Positions 42,867-53,806 of a stretch of 56,493 bases of DNA are shown piece by piece; position 1 is the stretch's first letter, and each line of letters opens with the position of its first letter. Location: the IMG/VR virus record IMGVR_UViG_3300045988_039967, positions 1 to 56,493 of that record; one strand, 5' to 3'. The notes beneath the pieces are model-generated. The model searched no databases. It was given only the letters and a program-made list of their open reading frames with translations, and was not told the DNA's origin. The translations under genes and the position numbers were made by a program. The stretch comes from a virus.

Positions 42867-43790
42867 TTATGCAAGGTATTTCTGCCTAAACGCTTCATAG
42901 TCATCTGCAAAACCCCTAACCATTTCAGCCTTGTTTATCGGAGTTGTAGCGTAAACTGAATACCACCAATTCACTTCACTGTCCTGTGGCTCTCTGTGAA
43001 GAATGTTCATATACAGTTCAGTTCTTATCCAATGCTTAACGCCCTCTTCACATTCCTGTAATTCGCTTGATACGTCATACCATGAATATGTACCATTTGC
43101 AAGAAGTTCGGCGTAATCAGCCGCATTGCCTATCTCACGTCCAAGAAGCGTCAGCGCAAGTCTGTTTACCTCATATATAAGCTGTTCTCTTGATTTATTC
43201 ATAACATTACCTCCGTCAATATCATATATGCCGTTTAGGGATTCTGTATTATCCTGTTCCGAATTGTCTGTATCATCGGTATTATTGGTGTTATCACCAT
43301 AGTAATCGTAAACATCATTCACAGACACATTAAAGCGGCTGTACCAATCAGTAATATTTTCGCCTGTTACTTCGTTCCCCCACCAATGAGTATTTTTATA
43401 GCCGCCATTCTGTCTGTTATCAAGGTGGATTGAAGCATTTGTTATATATCCAATGCCGCCAACGCCTTTATCTTGGCAATATGCGCCAATTATCGGCGTG
43501 GGTATTGCAGCTCCGTTTCTGTCAAAGAATGTTACATCTGCCGCCATACCAGCCGCATGAGCGTCATAATCCATGCCACCAATGCTACGGCAGTAAGCAC
43601 CTGGTTCTCTGTAGCCGTCATTAATTACAGCGGAACTGCAATCAAAATTTGAATAAATTCGCTCAAGAAGCTCAATCAATTCATCATCAACCTTTACAAT
43701 ATCACAGCCATTTCTTGATTGAAATTCATGCAACATGAAATGCGGTGACAGCTTTCTGTCGCCGTTACTCATTAAATATTTTTCTATCAT
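42867..43790 (-). CDS. Endolysin, peptidase M15 (zinc D-Ala-D-Ala carboxypeptidase / L-Ala-D-Glu peptidase type) with a C-terminal domain
   Basis: LSPHFMLHEFQS..., SAVINDGYRE, DAHAAGMAADV. Confidence 0.8.
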   Translation of the reverse strand: MIEKYLMSNGDRKLSPHFMLHEFQSRNGCDIVKVDDELIELLERIYSNFDCSSAVINDGYREPGAYCRSIGGMDYDAHAAGMAADVTFFDRNGAAIPTPIIGAYCQDKGVGGIGYITNASIHLDNRQNGGYKNTHWWGNEVTGENITDWYSRFNVSVNDVYDYYGDNTNNTDDTDNSEQDNTESLNGIYDIDGGNVMNKSREQLIYEVNRLALTLLGREIGNAADYAELLANGTYSWYDVSSELQECEEGVKHWIRTELYMNILHREPQDSEVNWWYSVYATTPINKAEMVRGFADDYEAFRQKYLA

Positions 43791-43801
43791 TTTATCATTC
43801 C

Positions 43802-45817
43802 TCACTCTCTGTTGAATGGTCTGAACACTGCGGTCAGCATGCCGTCTGTAACTGCTTTGTAACCTTTGTTATATATATACATGCCTTTCGGGACATATAC
43901 AGCTTTTGAATTGCCTAACGAATTTGTAGAATCGGGGAATACTATCTCATCTACCTCTACACCATTTTTATCTCTGATAGTCATAATGACAAATTGCCCC
44001 GAATACCCGTTAGTACTTATTGCTAAATAGCCATCTGATTGCGTTAGGTATGCATTTGATGCTGTATAAGTAAATACGTCTTGCACAGTACCGAATGATA
44101 CATTAGGTACATTACATTCCTCCCACTCAGACCATTCAGAATTAAAGGTGTTTCTTATATATATGTTCCTGTTATTTGCAGTAATGTATATCTGATATCC
44201 AAAATTATTAAACATGTAGGTAAAGATATAACCTCGTCGAAACGCTCCAACTGGCGCATGTTTATCTGCCGACCAATTGCCATTAGCGAGATTGTATCCA
44301 GTTGTTATGTCATTCCAATCATCATTTGTCGAAACAATCTTTCCATACACAAGTGAAGCGACAGTTTTGTTTTGAATCGCATTGCTGCTTGATGTAGATA
44401 AGGATGCGTCAATTACCGGCTTGTTGTTCAAGTCATTGTACGAGCCTGTAAACGCTACTGCCTTAAGGTCCGTAAACCACTTGGCAATCTTACCAAATAA
44501 TATTGACATTTTATCGCCGCTTGCAACATTAGTTCTTGCTGTAGCCTGCGTAAATGTCACCGTTGTATCCTTGGCATCGCCTTCAGAAGCAAGTGCGCCT
44601 ATATTCTCGGGCGTAATATTTACATTGCCACGCCTAAAGGTTGTTTCATTTGCTCCTTTAACACCTGTTACGGGGCTTCCTGCGAGACAATCCCACATGC
44701 CATCAACAGTTTTATAAACATTGGTTCCTGCGGCTTGTGTGTTGCCAGCGCCTTCCTTAAAATCAGTCGTTGTTACAAATTCATCTGAAATATTGTACAT
44801 GTCGCCAGCCGTTACCAATGATAAGGCTGGCAGTTCCGCAAACTTAACAGTTCCCATTGGTCTTAAGGAACCAGCAAAACTTTCAGATATCGCTTTGCAC
44901 TGCTCATAATAGTACTTTGCGCTATTAGTTTTGCCGGATGCATATTCTTGAGCATTTGAAGCACTCTCGTTTGCGCTAGTTTCACTTGTCTTTGCCGCTG
45001 ATTCACTTAGTTTTGCGTTAGCTTCACTTGCTTTTGCCGCCACTTCTGATTGTTTTGCCGCCGCCGCACTGTTCTTTGCATCATTCTGATATGCACTTGC
45101 ACTTGCCGCTGCTGAGTTTGCGTCATCTGAATAGTCCTGAGCATTACTTTCTGACAAAGCTGCCGCTGTTTCGCTCGCTTTTGCTGCTGTTTCTGATTGT
45201 TTTGCCGCCGCTGCGCTTGTGGAAGCGCTAGTTTCACTTGCTTTTGCTGCCGCTGCACTTGCATTAGCATTAGTTTCTGAAAGTTCTGCCGCTGATTGGC
45301 TTTTTTCAGCCTTAGCAACTTGTACTTTAATATCAGCAAGGTAATTAGGCTGTAGCATTTCTTCTGTTACCGATGCATTTTTTATTTTCGCACTTACTTT
45401 TCCTGCTGAATCCACTTCAAATGCAATTGTGGATGATTCAAGAAATTCATATTGCGTAATAAGGGCTGACAAATCAATATATTGCTTTGTCCCATCATCA
45501 AGCGTTATGATTATCTGCTCATTCACAGGGTCATATGCAAAATTAATGGCAATTCTTTCAAGCTTTGTATCAATTGTAAATGATGAACCATTTTTCTTTG
45601 TTATCGTAAAAACTCCTGTATCTTCATCATAGGTTATCTCAGACACCAAAGAAGAGACTTCGCTTTTCGATGCTTTAGTAGTATCAAGAGTTATTACCCT
45701 GTCATCAATGATGTCGATAGCTCTGTCTGTTTTATTCAAATTAGTTTCATTCATTGGCGTAGAATCGCTTGGGTAGTTTTCCCAATTAATTAGGGTGTGT
45801 GCTTTCTGCATTGCCAT
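43802..45817 (-). CDS. Tail fibre / receptor-binding protein
   Basis: 671 aa. N-terminal WENYPSDSTPMNETNLNKTDRAI pattern. Degenerate Ala/Ser/Glu repeats. Last large structural gene. Confidence 0.75.
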   Translation of the reverse strand: MAMQKAHTLINWENYPSDSTPMNETNLNKTDRAIDIIDDRVITLDTTKASKSEVSSLVSEITYDEDTGVFTITKKNGSSFTIDTKLERIAINFAYDPVNEQIIITLDDGTKQYIDLSALITQYEFLESSTIAFEVDSAGKVSAKIKNASVTEEMLQPNYLADIKVQVAKAEKSQSAAELSETNANASAAAAKASETSASTSAAAAKQSETAAKASETAAALSESNAQDYSDDANSAAASASAYQNDAKNSAAAAKQSEVAAKASEANAKLSESAAKTSETSANESASNAQEYASGKTNSAKYYYEQCKAISESFAGSLRPMGTVKFAELPALSLVTAGDMYNISDEFVTTTDFKEGAGNTQAAGTNVYKTVDGMWDCLAGSPVTGVKGANETTFRRGNVNITPENIGALASEGDAKDTTVTFTQATARTNVASGDKMSILFGKIAKWFTDLKAVAFTGSYNDLNNKPVIDASLSTSSSNAIQNKTVASLVYGKIVSTNDDWNDITTGYNLANGNWSADKHAPVGAFRRGYIFTYMFNNFGYQIYITANNRNIYIRNTFNSEWSEWEECNVPNVSFGTVQDVFTYTASNAYLTQSDGYLAISTNGYSGQFVIMTIRDKNGVEVDEIVFPDSTNSLGNSKAVYVPKGMYIYNKGYKAVTDGMLTAVFRPFNRE

Positions 45818-46019
45818 TTTTTTCTACCTCCTGTAAATAATTTTGATATTGCATTTTTTCACTGCGTCGCTGTTTTTCAGCAGCTTCAGATACTTGTTTG
45901 CACGTATTCATCACATACGGCTCTAATATGTAAAATGGCAGCTCTGCGTTATTAAGCAGTGCCGCTATTCCGTTGCAAAATTCTTCAATTTTTACTGATA
46001 TCGGTTTTTCCATAGTCAC
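45786..46019 (-). CDS. Hypothetical tail-module protein
   Basis: 77 aa ORF. Confidence 0.5.
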   Translation of the reverse strand: MTMEKPISVKIEEFCNGIAALLNNAELPFYILEPYVMNTCKQVSEAAEKQRRSEKMQYQNYLQEVEKNGNAESTHPN

Positions 46020-46024
46020 GCTCC

Positions 46025-47950
46025 TTAGGTTTCTACATCAGTTATTACCCCATTTTGAACAGTTACGGTCCATCCATTAGCTGTTGAGAATGTACCCCAC
46101 CAGCCGTTATTAAGGTACTGCACTGCTGCCGGAATAAGGTCATTACCATTGCCATCTTTGAGTGAACCATATATAGCCACGTCATTAAGATAAGTATTCG
46201 CAGCGTTGTAAATGCCATCTGCATTAATAGTCACAACTCTGTCGGAGCTGTCTGATTCTACCCAAAATCCCACCTTGCCACGTATTGTTCCCGAGTTTAT
46301 CAATCCAGCGTTGAGATGTCCTGTTGTAATATTGTCTCCATTTATCGTTGTCTGCCCCGAAGTTGACAACTCCGAAAATGTGACATATCCGTTTAATTGT
46401 ATTTTCTCAGCGCTTATCTGTATTTCCTCGGCAGATTGATTGATTTCACTGATTATGTTGTTTTTTGAAACTTTTGTTGATATGCTGTCGGCTGTCTGAG
46501 TGATTCTCGATGACAAATTACTTTCTGATTCTGTAGCACGCTTAACCTCGCTAGTTATCTGTTCAGCTGTTTGAGATATCTTGCTTGATAATTCTCCCTC
46601 TGATTCAGAAGCACGTTTTACCTCGGCTGATATACTGTCTTTGTTTTGGGTTATCTGCGTTGACAAACCATCAGTAGTATCTTTGACTTCCGACCTGATT
46701 TGTGAAGCTGTCTGAGATATTTCTGACGATAGCCCTTTTTCAACGTCCGTAATTTTTGATTTTGTCTCATCAACAGTTCGTGTAAGCTCATTCGTCTTGC
46801 CTTTAAGCTGAATAATCTGTTTATTAATGCTATTAACTTTTTCACTTCTTAGCTCATCACCTGTAGCTGAATACTTATCATTCAACTGCTGTATTCCTGT
46901 TAATGTTCTTGCAAGTACATAGCTTTCGATTATTGCATACTTAGTGTTAAATCTAATTGCATCTCCTACTTCTATGCATGGATTTCCTACACATTCAGCA
47001 TTGAAAGGTCTGTATACAACGCCACGGATTTTTGACAGCATATTTCTTGCTATGGTAGTTAATTCCTCATTGTTTTTGCCATAAACAAGAAAATTATTCT
47101 CTACAATGTAGGCATTATTGCCATCGCCAATAACAATACCAATATCATTTTCTTTTTGTCTTATTTGTAGCTTGTTAATAGCCTTGACATTGTAATCTTC
47201 GTAACTCGAACTCTTATATGTAGCTTTACCAAGTTTGTAATTCCTTGAATCACGCGGATAAAGGTCATTTGCCGGATAAAGATTATCTGCTGGGTATAGT
47301 CCTTGCATTTCCTGTGCAAGAAATACATAGCAGAATTTTCCAAGTCTATTGATATGCCCAAAACAGCCGTTTATCTCGCAAATAGCAGTAATCACGGCTT
47401 TGCCGCTTAATTCCTGTGGTTCTATAGTCCTTGATACTGTCATGCTGTCATTCGGCAACATTGTTTCTACTTCATCTATGCCAAAATGTTTTAAAAAGCT
47501 GTTTCTAAATGCCTTAAGACTGATTTGCGTATCTTTATTAGGGAGTGTTTCATTATACCAATCTGTTACATCGGCATTTAAAATATCGTAGAGAGCGTCA
47601 TAGGCCGTAATTTCTCTTTTTGTTCTGTCTGCTGTCGGCTTGTCAGAATAAACCTTGTATCTTCCTATCCGAAAAGGCTTATCCGCATTGTTGCCAAGTG
47701 ATATTATTTTTGCTGTGAGCCATTTATCTTTCATCGGCAGAAAAACATTTGACACTGTAAAATTTATCGAACTAGCCTCACAACACCCAAACGTAAGATT
47801 CTGCTGAGAACATAGGCTTTCTTTCAAGGTAAATTCTTCCTGATGCAGTTCGGAATTGGTTATGCTGATTAATTCATCATCAGACAAGATGCTGAATTGC
47901 TTGTTGATACTACCTTTGTAGAACATCTCGGAATAGTCATAATTAATCAT
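46025..47950 (-). CDS. Tail-associated (Tal-like) baseplate/minor structural protein
   Basis: 641 aa after Dit. C-terminal repeated S..ISQTA.QI.SEVK heptad-like units. Confidence 0.7.
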   Translation of the reverse strand: MINYDYSEMFYKGSINKQFSILSDDELISITNSELHQEEFTLKESLCSQQNLTFGCCEASSINFTVSNVFLPMKDKWLTAKIISLGNNADKPFRIGRYKVYSDKPTADRTKREITAYDALYDILNADVTDWYNETLPNKDTQISLKAFRNSFLKHFGIDEVETMLPNDSMTVSRTIEPQELSGKAVITAICEINGCFGHINRLGKFCYVFLAQEMQGLYPADNLYPANDLYPRDSRNYKLGKATYKSSSYEDYNVKAINKLQIRQKENDIGIVIGDGNNAYIVENNFLVYGKNNEELTTIARNMLSKIRGVVYRPFNAECVGNPCIEVGDAIRFNTKYAIIESYVLARTLTGIQQLNDKYSATGDELRSEKVNSINKQIIQLKGKTNELTRTVDETKSKITDVEKGLSSEISQTASQIRSEVKDTTDGLSTQITQNKDSISAEVKRASESEGELSSKISQTAEQITSEVKRATESESNLSSRITQTADSISTKVSKNNIISEINQSAEEIQISAEKIQLNGYVTFSELSTSGQTTINGDNITTGHLNAGLINSGTIRGKVGFWVESDSSDRVVTINADGIYNAANTYLNDVAIYGSLKDGNGNDLIPAAVQYLNNGWWGTFSTANGWTVTVQNGVITDVET

Positions 47951-48363
47951 CCCTCGTAAACACCTCCGATAAATGCCAATCTTACAGAATCATACTTAAT
48001 AACATTGTCATATGTTCCGTATATGGTAGGCTGAAAATCCGCCATATATCCGTATTGTGTAATGTAATCGCCATACTCAGGAATGTATGCGGTAATATAG
48101 CACTCTCTGCCATTTGGATTAACAAATTGATTTCTTATGTTGCTCATCAAATCATTAAATTGTGCATCCGTCAGCATTGGAATTGTTTCAAATTCTATTT
48201 TTTCAGCCTTAAGTTCAACTGCATCTCTATGAACATATCCGTTAGCATCCGTCCATGGGTCAAGGTCCTGCATATTTACATAAGGGCTATATGTCGATGG
48301 TTTTAATATAGTGTTCGGAATGATATAATCCCCAATTTTAATAAGCCAGCCGTTATATGCCAT
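47947..48363 (-). CDS. Distal tail protein (Dit-like)
   Basis: 138 aa, immediately after the tape measure protein. Confidence 0.5.
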   Translation of the reverse strand: MAYNGWLIKIGDYIIPNTILKPSTYSPYVNMQDLDPWTDANGYVHRDAVELKAEKIEFETIPMLTDAQFNDLMSNIRNQFVNPNGRECYITAYIPEYGDYITQYGYMADFQPTIYGTYDNVIKYDSVRLAFIGGVYEG

Positions 48364-48417
48364 TTTGTTACCTCCAAAATAAAAACAGCACCTACCGCAA
48401 TTGATAGGTACTGTTTA

Positions 48418-51400
48418 TTAAAATCCGAATGCCGGTTCCCCTGTCCTGTTCGTAAAATCATCAGCTTGTTTTTTAACAGACATAAACACTTCTTGTCCGT
48501 CAATCTGTATGCTTTGACCGGATTCTACTGCTGATATAAGTCTCCTTAGTAAAGCATTTGTTTCATTGTTGTTTTGCTGTGGTGCAGTGTATGGCTGAGT
48601 GTTGTTATATCTGTCAACATTAACCGGATTAACGCTATCGTTGTAAAACTCTTGCATATTTGGTGCTGGCGCAATCGTAATATCTGCTGAAAAATCCTTT
48701 ACCGATGCAAGTGTCTGATTGTACAGACTTTCCATACCATCTTTAAAGCCCTCAATAGTATATCCGCCAAGTTCATACATGACCCTTGATGGGCTATGAA
48801 TATCAAGTGCTTTTTTAACTGTGTCAGTAATGTTGTTTGCGATATTATCAGCTTTGCTATACAAGTCATTTTCCATACCGCCCATTCCGTTAAGCAGGCC
48901 CTGCATAGCATTAGTTCCGATATCGTAAAGTTTATCAGACAATGCGTCAAAGTTGCTTACAACAGTATCGACAAATCCTGTAATTGTGCTTACGGTATCG
49001 CCTGTACTGTCACTGACAGCATTATTAAAGCCCTCTACAAAGTATTCGCCGGCGCTATACGATATTTTAGACGGAGAATGTTCATCAAGTCCCTCATACA
49101 TAGGGTCTACTACACCATCTTCAACCCATGAAGAAGTTGTTTCCGCACTTGAATCTATACCATCTTCAATGCCGTTATTCAATCCCTCAACAACATTTGC
49201 ACCGCCGCTTTCTCCACTCGAATACATACTTGACATTGAATCGGTAATTTTACCTTCAAAATTACGAATCGTTGTTCCTAAGCGGTTATAAGCAACGTCA
49301 GTGTTGGTGAGTTCGCCTTTGAGTTTTTCATATTCTTCTTGAGCTGTCTTAAGCTGTTGTGCTTCTTTATCGCCAGCAAGATAATACTCACCAAGGTTAT
49401 TCTTGTGAAGCGTAAGGGAGTTATCATAATCCTCTTGAGCCTTTTTAACAGCTTCACTAGCTGTTGCGACCCTGTTCTGTGCTTCTGTAAGGTCGTCTGC
49501 GGCATCTGCTTGTTGTTTGTATAATTCAACAAGCTTATCTTTCATTGCCTGTAGCTTGATATGCTCAAGTTCTTTCTGAATAAGAGCCTCTATCTCATCT
49601 TTTTGTGCTGTGATACAGCCTGTCTCAGAATCAATAACATCATTAACTCCCGGAATAATCTCAGCCAATTGTTCAGCATAAGACCTCATTTGGTCTTTTT
49701 CTTCATTGGTAAGATTCTCCTTATCAGCAAGTTCATAGTATTTATTAGCCAAATCCTGTGCAAGTTGTGCTTCTGCGGCTCCAGCGTTATTAACATAGTT
49801 GTTAGCAGATGTAACAAGATTATCAATACCTGCTCGAGTTGTTGTAAGTGCATTAATTACATTGTTAAAGCCCTCTCCCCATGTTTCTTGGTCGAATGCT
49901 GCTTTTGTTGATTGGCGTAACAGGTCCCACGCCTGCTTAGTTCCATTAACTTCTCCAACCCATACAGCAAATGAAGTAAGGGAATTATTAACTCCTTCTG
50001 CCACCCAATCACCGATGTATTTCATCTGTTCAAAGAATGACATTTCATCAACAACCTGTTTTGCAGAATCACTAAGCTTGCCGGCTATTAATTGTCCAAA
50101 ATTCCAACCGCCAACTGCCGCTACAAAAGATGCCGCTATACCTGTTGCAAGAGTAGCTCCTATTTCTGTTGCTGTTCCTGCCCCAAACAGCACTGATGCA
50201 TCTATTTTAAGACCACTGACGCCAATTTTAAGGGCTTTAAGCAAGCCAGCGCCTAGTGCACTTCCTATTCCTGCGTTTTTACCGATTTCAACGCCAAGAA
50301 CACTAGCAAGTTTCTGTCCGAACTGTTTTGAGACAGTTTTAAGAGCACCTTGTGCAAATATGGCTTTAAGAGCATTTTTGATAAACACTGTTCCCACAAT
50401 AACTTCAACAGTATCAAGGTTGATTTCTCCAAAGAAATCGCCTATTTTATCAAGTACATCTTCCCATTCTATTTCTTTTATTGCGGTCTTAACCGTATCT
50501 TTTATTCCAGCCGCCCATACATTAAGTGTTTGCGCCAATTTCACAAAATCAAACGTGTGAAAGAAGTTGTTTATTCCGCTTGCAATAGATTCTCCAAAGT
50601 TCTTAAAATCAAATGTTTCACCAAATGAAAGCGCTGAGTATATTGCAGTGTTCAAAGAGCGTGCAATAGTTCTTCCTACGGCTCCGAAAAGCTCTGGGCT
50701 GATTAATCCGTTAAGGAAATTGGCAAGTCCCTCTCCAAATCCTGTAGCTTTCTGATATATGCTTTCCCAATTAATATCATTAAGGGATGTGTATATAGTA
50801 CTGCCAATTTTAGAACCAAGTTCGTAGAGGCTCTTAATATTACTTTCATAGTCTTTGAAAATTGTGTCTACTTGCACAAATTTTCCACTAGAACCAGAAA
50901 CATCCGTAGTTCCTGCTCCTGCACCACTTGACTTCTTACTGCCTTGAGTATCTTTTGTGATAGTCTTAAGTTCATCAAAAGCCCTTACAGACTTCATGTT
51001 GTTCTTGGCGGCTTTTCCTGTGCTGTCTGCTATATCATCCGCACTATCAGCCATATCAGACCAATCATCAACCATACCCTTGTCAGTTACTTCGTATTTC
51101 CATCCAAAAATTGCGCCAAGAGCATTTGTCACCATTTCAGAAAAATATATGGTTTTTTGCAGGGCGTAATTAAGTGCTTTAAGATATGGCTTAAATGCAT
51201 TAATCAAAGCTCCGCCAATAATTCCGCCTAACTGTTGGAATGATTCCTTAAGAACAGTGACTTGATTATGCCAAGTATCTGCAGTTCTGGCAAAATCTCC
51301 TTGCGCAGCCGTTGTATTTGCAAGAACATACTGATATCTCAGCATAGCTTTTTGGGCCTGTGTCATACTGCTGATATTAGCATCAAGCCCATTCTTAAGC

Positions 51401-52791
51401 GCCCATTCTTTAAGGGTAGCCTGTGTTATGTCAAGTCCATATGCCCTAAGTGGTCTTGTTTGACCTGTAAAGATAGATTCAAGGTCTTTTGCAACATCTT
51501 CCTGTGCTACATCGTAAAATGATGCCAAATCAGCAGTAAGTCTTGTAAGATTCATTGACACGCTTGCCATGCTGTCAGCTGTCTTAATATATCCATTGGT
51601 CTTATTAGCAAGAAACTCATTTGCTTTGCCGATAGAATCTGTAGCAACACCCATTGCAGTTCCCATAGCTTGAAAACGGCTTGCATACTGCTTAACTGAT
51701 AATTCGGACATGCCAAGTGACTGTATCGAAGATTTTGCCATACTGTTAATAGCATCTTCGTATTGCCCGAATACCTGTCTTACTACATTTTGAACCTCAG
51801 TTAATGATGATGATATGTCTATTGCGCTTTTGAATTTACTAAAAGCCCTAAACAGCAACCAATATGATGCATACACTTTGCCAATAGCTGACGCAAGGCT
51901 AAATGAATGTACTTTTGCTGTAGAAGCTGACTTTCCAAATGAAAACAGTTCTTTTGTTAATGAATTAGCGGCTGTACCTGTTTTTGAACCGGCTGACGCT
52001 AATTTAGCAAGCGCCTCTGTCATTTGTATAATGTTAGAGCTTACAGTTGGTGCCGTTGACAGCGTATTAAACAAGCCCTTAAGATTTGTTGCAAGCAGAG
52101 GAATGTTTGCTACCGCTCTGCCACTCGCAACACTGCCTAATCTGCTTATTGCCGATACTAACTGTGTCATGTTAGTCATATCAAAATTAAGCGCACCTAT
52201 GCCATTCATCTGGCGTACAAAATTCTGTAATTGTGCGGATATCGGTGAAAGATTGACAGATGCCTTTGTTCCTGTGGTTGTTCCTAGTTTTCTTACGGAA
52301 GTTATTAAGCTGGTAAGGCTATTTACATCAAAGTTGAGGCTACCTATGTTATTCATGCCTTGAATAAAATTAACAAGGTCATCTTTCATCTTTATAAGAT
52401 TCTGTGAACCTGCTGTAGCCTTTATTCCGCCAAGCTTGCTCAGTGATAAAGCAATGTTTGAGATTCCGCTAACATCTATACTCCGTGTGCCGGATATGCT
52501 GTTAGCAAGATCCTTCATTGCCGCACCTATGCCATACAGCGAATTGGTGTCCACTCTCGATAAATTGCCAAGTGATTTTGCTAATGAAGATATTTCTGTA
52601 GATTTTCCACCTTTGAATCCTGTGGCAGCATCAGATATATTTCTTATGCCGGTTGCAATATTTGATAGCCTTTGTGTATCAATGCTAAGACTAGATGCTA
52701 AGTTTTTCATGCTTTCAGCAAGCTTATCAATTGATTTATTAGCATTGCTTGCATCAGCTTTAATTTTGATTTGAAGGTCATCAAGTTCCAC
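48418..52791 (-). CDS. Tail tape measure protein
   Basis: 1457 aa. Position after the G/GT chaperones. TP901-type core (LTADLASFYDV...). Confidence 0.9.
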   Translation of the reverse strand: MELDDLQIKIKADASNANKSIDKLAESMKNLASSLSIDTQRLSNIATGIRNISDAATGFKGGKSTEISSLAKSLGNLSRVDTNSLYGIGAAMKDLANSISGTRSIDVSGISNIALSLSKLGGIKATAGSQNLIKMKDDLVNFIQGMNNIGSLNFDVNSLTSLITSVRKLGTTTGTKASVNLSPISAQLQNFVRQMNGIGALNFDMTNMTQLVSAISRLGSVASGRAVANIPLLATNLKGLFNTLSTAPTVSSNIIQMTEALAKLASAGSKTGTAANSLTKELFSFGKSASTAKVHSFSLASAIGKVYASYWLLFRAFSKFKSAIDISSSLTEVQNVVRQVFGQYEDAINSMAKSSIQSLGMSELSVKQYASRFQAMGTAMGVATDSIGKANEFLANKTNGYIKTADSMASVSMNLTRLTADLASFYDVAQEDVAKDLESIFTGQTRPLRAYGLDITQATLKEWALKNGLDANISSMTQAQKAMLRYQYVLANTTAAQGDFARTADTWHNQVTVLKESFQQLGGIIGGALINAFKPYLKALNYALQKTIYFSEMVTNALGAIFGWKYEVTDKGMVDDWSDMADSADDIADSTGKAAKNNMKSVRAFDELKTITKDTQGSKKSSGAGAGTTDVSGSSGKFVQVDTIFKDYESNIKSLYELGSKIGSTIYTSLNDINWESIYQKATGFGEGLANFLNGLISPELFGAVGRTIARSLNTAIYSALSFGETFDFKNFGESIASGINNFFHTFDFVKLAQTLNVWAAGIKDTVKTAIKEIEWEDVLDKIGDFFGEINLDTVEVIVGTVFIKNALKAIFAQGALKTVSKQFGQKLASVLGVEIGKNAGIGSALGAGLLKALKIGVSGLKIDASVLFGAGTATEIGATLATGIAASFVAAVGGWNFGQLIAGKLSDSAKQVVDEMSFFEQMKYIGDWVAEGVNNSLTSFAVWVGEVNGTKQAWDLLRQSTKAAFDQETWGEGFNNVINALTTTRAGIDNLVTSANNYVNNAGAAEAQLAQDLANKYYELADKENLTNEEKDQMRSYAEQLAEIIPGVNDVIDSETGCITAQKDEIEALIQKELEHIKLQAMKDKLVELYKQQADAADDLTEAQNRVATASEAVKKAQEDYDNSLTLHKNNLGEYYLAGDKEAQQLKTAQEEYEKLKGELTNTDVAYNRLGTTIRNFEGKITDSMSSMYSSGESGGANVVEGLNNGIEDGIDSSAETTSSWVEDGVVDPMYEGLDEHSPSKISYSAGEYFVEGFNNAVSDSTGDTVSTITGFVDTVVSNFDALSDKLYDIGTNAMQGLLNGMGGMENDLYSKADNIANNITDTVKKALDIHSPSRVMYELGGYTIEGFKDGMESLYNQTLASVKDFSADITIAPAPNMQEFYNDSVNPVNVDRYNNTQPYTAPQQNNNETNALLRRLISAVESGQSIQIDGQEVFMSVKKQADDFTNRTGEPAFGF

Positions 52792-52832
52792 AGTATCACC
52801 TCTTTTTGCGTAAAATAAAAAGGCGACAAGTT

Positions 52833-53638
52833 TTATTTCTTGCCGCCTTTAGGATGTGTCATTTCAAAGTTAGCCTGCATTGCCATAAGGCTGGCTACCA
52901 CAAGCTCTCTCTGCTTTTTTATCTTATCCTCTTTTGTTTGTGGGTCATTTGCAATTGTCAATGGCTCTTTAGGATATTCAAGCTTATTCTTACCCCACGC
53001 ACCATTTCTAACCGCAATAGCTGTTGCCGGTATTCCATATCCAGCCCACTGTTGCCAAATGCTTTTGTCTTCTCTTTTTCGCTTCATTTCATATCCACGC
53101 ACGCAGTAATTAAGCTTACGTGGATTCAAATGTTTAAACTCTTCAAGAGATATTCCAAGCGATACAGCCAGTGGAAAGTACTCTTCCCATATTACTTTTC
53201 TGACACTGTCTGCTTTTTGTTTGCTATCTTCTTGGACACCGGCTTCGACATTTCCTGTATCATTGCCGTTATCCCCGACAGCTCGAAAAAACCGTCATCT
53301 TCCATGCATTCTCCAAGCTGCTTATACAGTGTAAAGAAATTGAGCTTGTTAGCTCTCATATATTCTTTCATGATAGACTTAGCTTCTTTTGCTGATACAG
53401 GATTATTCTCAAGCATTCCTGCGTAAAATGCTGATGTACATATGCTTGCGATATCCGCAACCATGTCTGATGTTCCATTTATCACTGTTTCTGCTTCACC
53501 ATTAGATGTTGGAGCGTTTTTTACAAAATACGCCCCGGAGCGAATGTTGAACATCTTCTGAACAATGTCCTTATTTTCTGCCGCTTCAAAGCTAAACTCT
53601 ATCTTATATTCTTCCTCATTTACCTTAATATTTATCAT
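52833..53638 (-). CDS. Tail assembly chaperone GT fusion via -1 frameshift
   Basis: Slippery T TTT TTC (plus strand 53285-53291). The -1 frame is open from there to stop 52833 and reads protein-like sequence. Confidence 0.65.
53192..53638 (-). CDS. Tail assembly chaperone G
   Basis: Lies between the major tail protein and the tape measure protein. Start at MINIKVNEEEY. Confidence 0.7.
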   Translation of the reverse strand: MINIKVNEEEYKIEFSFEAAENKDIVQKMFNIRSGAYFVKNAPTSNGEAETVINGTSDMVADIASICTSAFYAGMLENNPVSAKEAKSIMKEYMRANKLNFFTLYKQLGECMEDDGFFELSGITAMIQEMSKPVSKKIANKKQTVSEK

Positions 53639-53806
53639 ATTTTTCCCTTTCCCCCTATGCTTTAACATAGGAAAGGGGCAGTCCGTAGACCGCCCTTTCA
53701 ATCAATTGTCATTCTGTTACATCATCAAAGTATGATGTGTAATCGGCTGTTTTGGCGTCTTTGACGCTATTCGACACAGCCTTTTTTGATTTAGTCGAAT
53801 AGCTCA

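Noticed and set aside
42728-42910. 60-aa minus-strand ORF overlapping the endolysin 3' end
   Set aside because: - It overlaps the endolysin C-terminus in another frame.
- It has no RBS.
- It covers the consensus promoter region.
49799-50560. 253-aa plus-strand ORF (and similar ones at 51815-52363, 52806-53426, 2098-2610, 37395-37922, 38034-38540)
   Set aside because: - They lie antisense inside well-supported minus-strand genes (tape measure, chaperones, scaffold, SMC ATPase).
- They have Ser/Leu/Cys/Phe-rich junk composition and no RBS.
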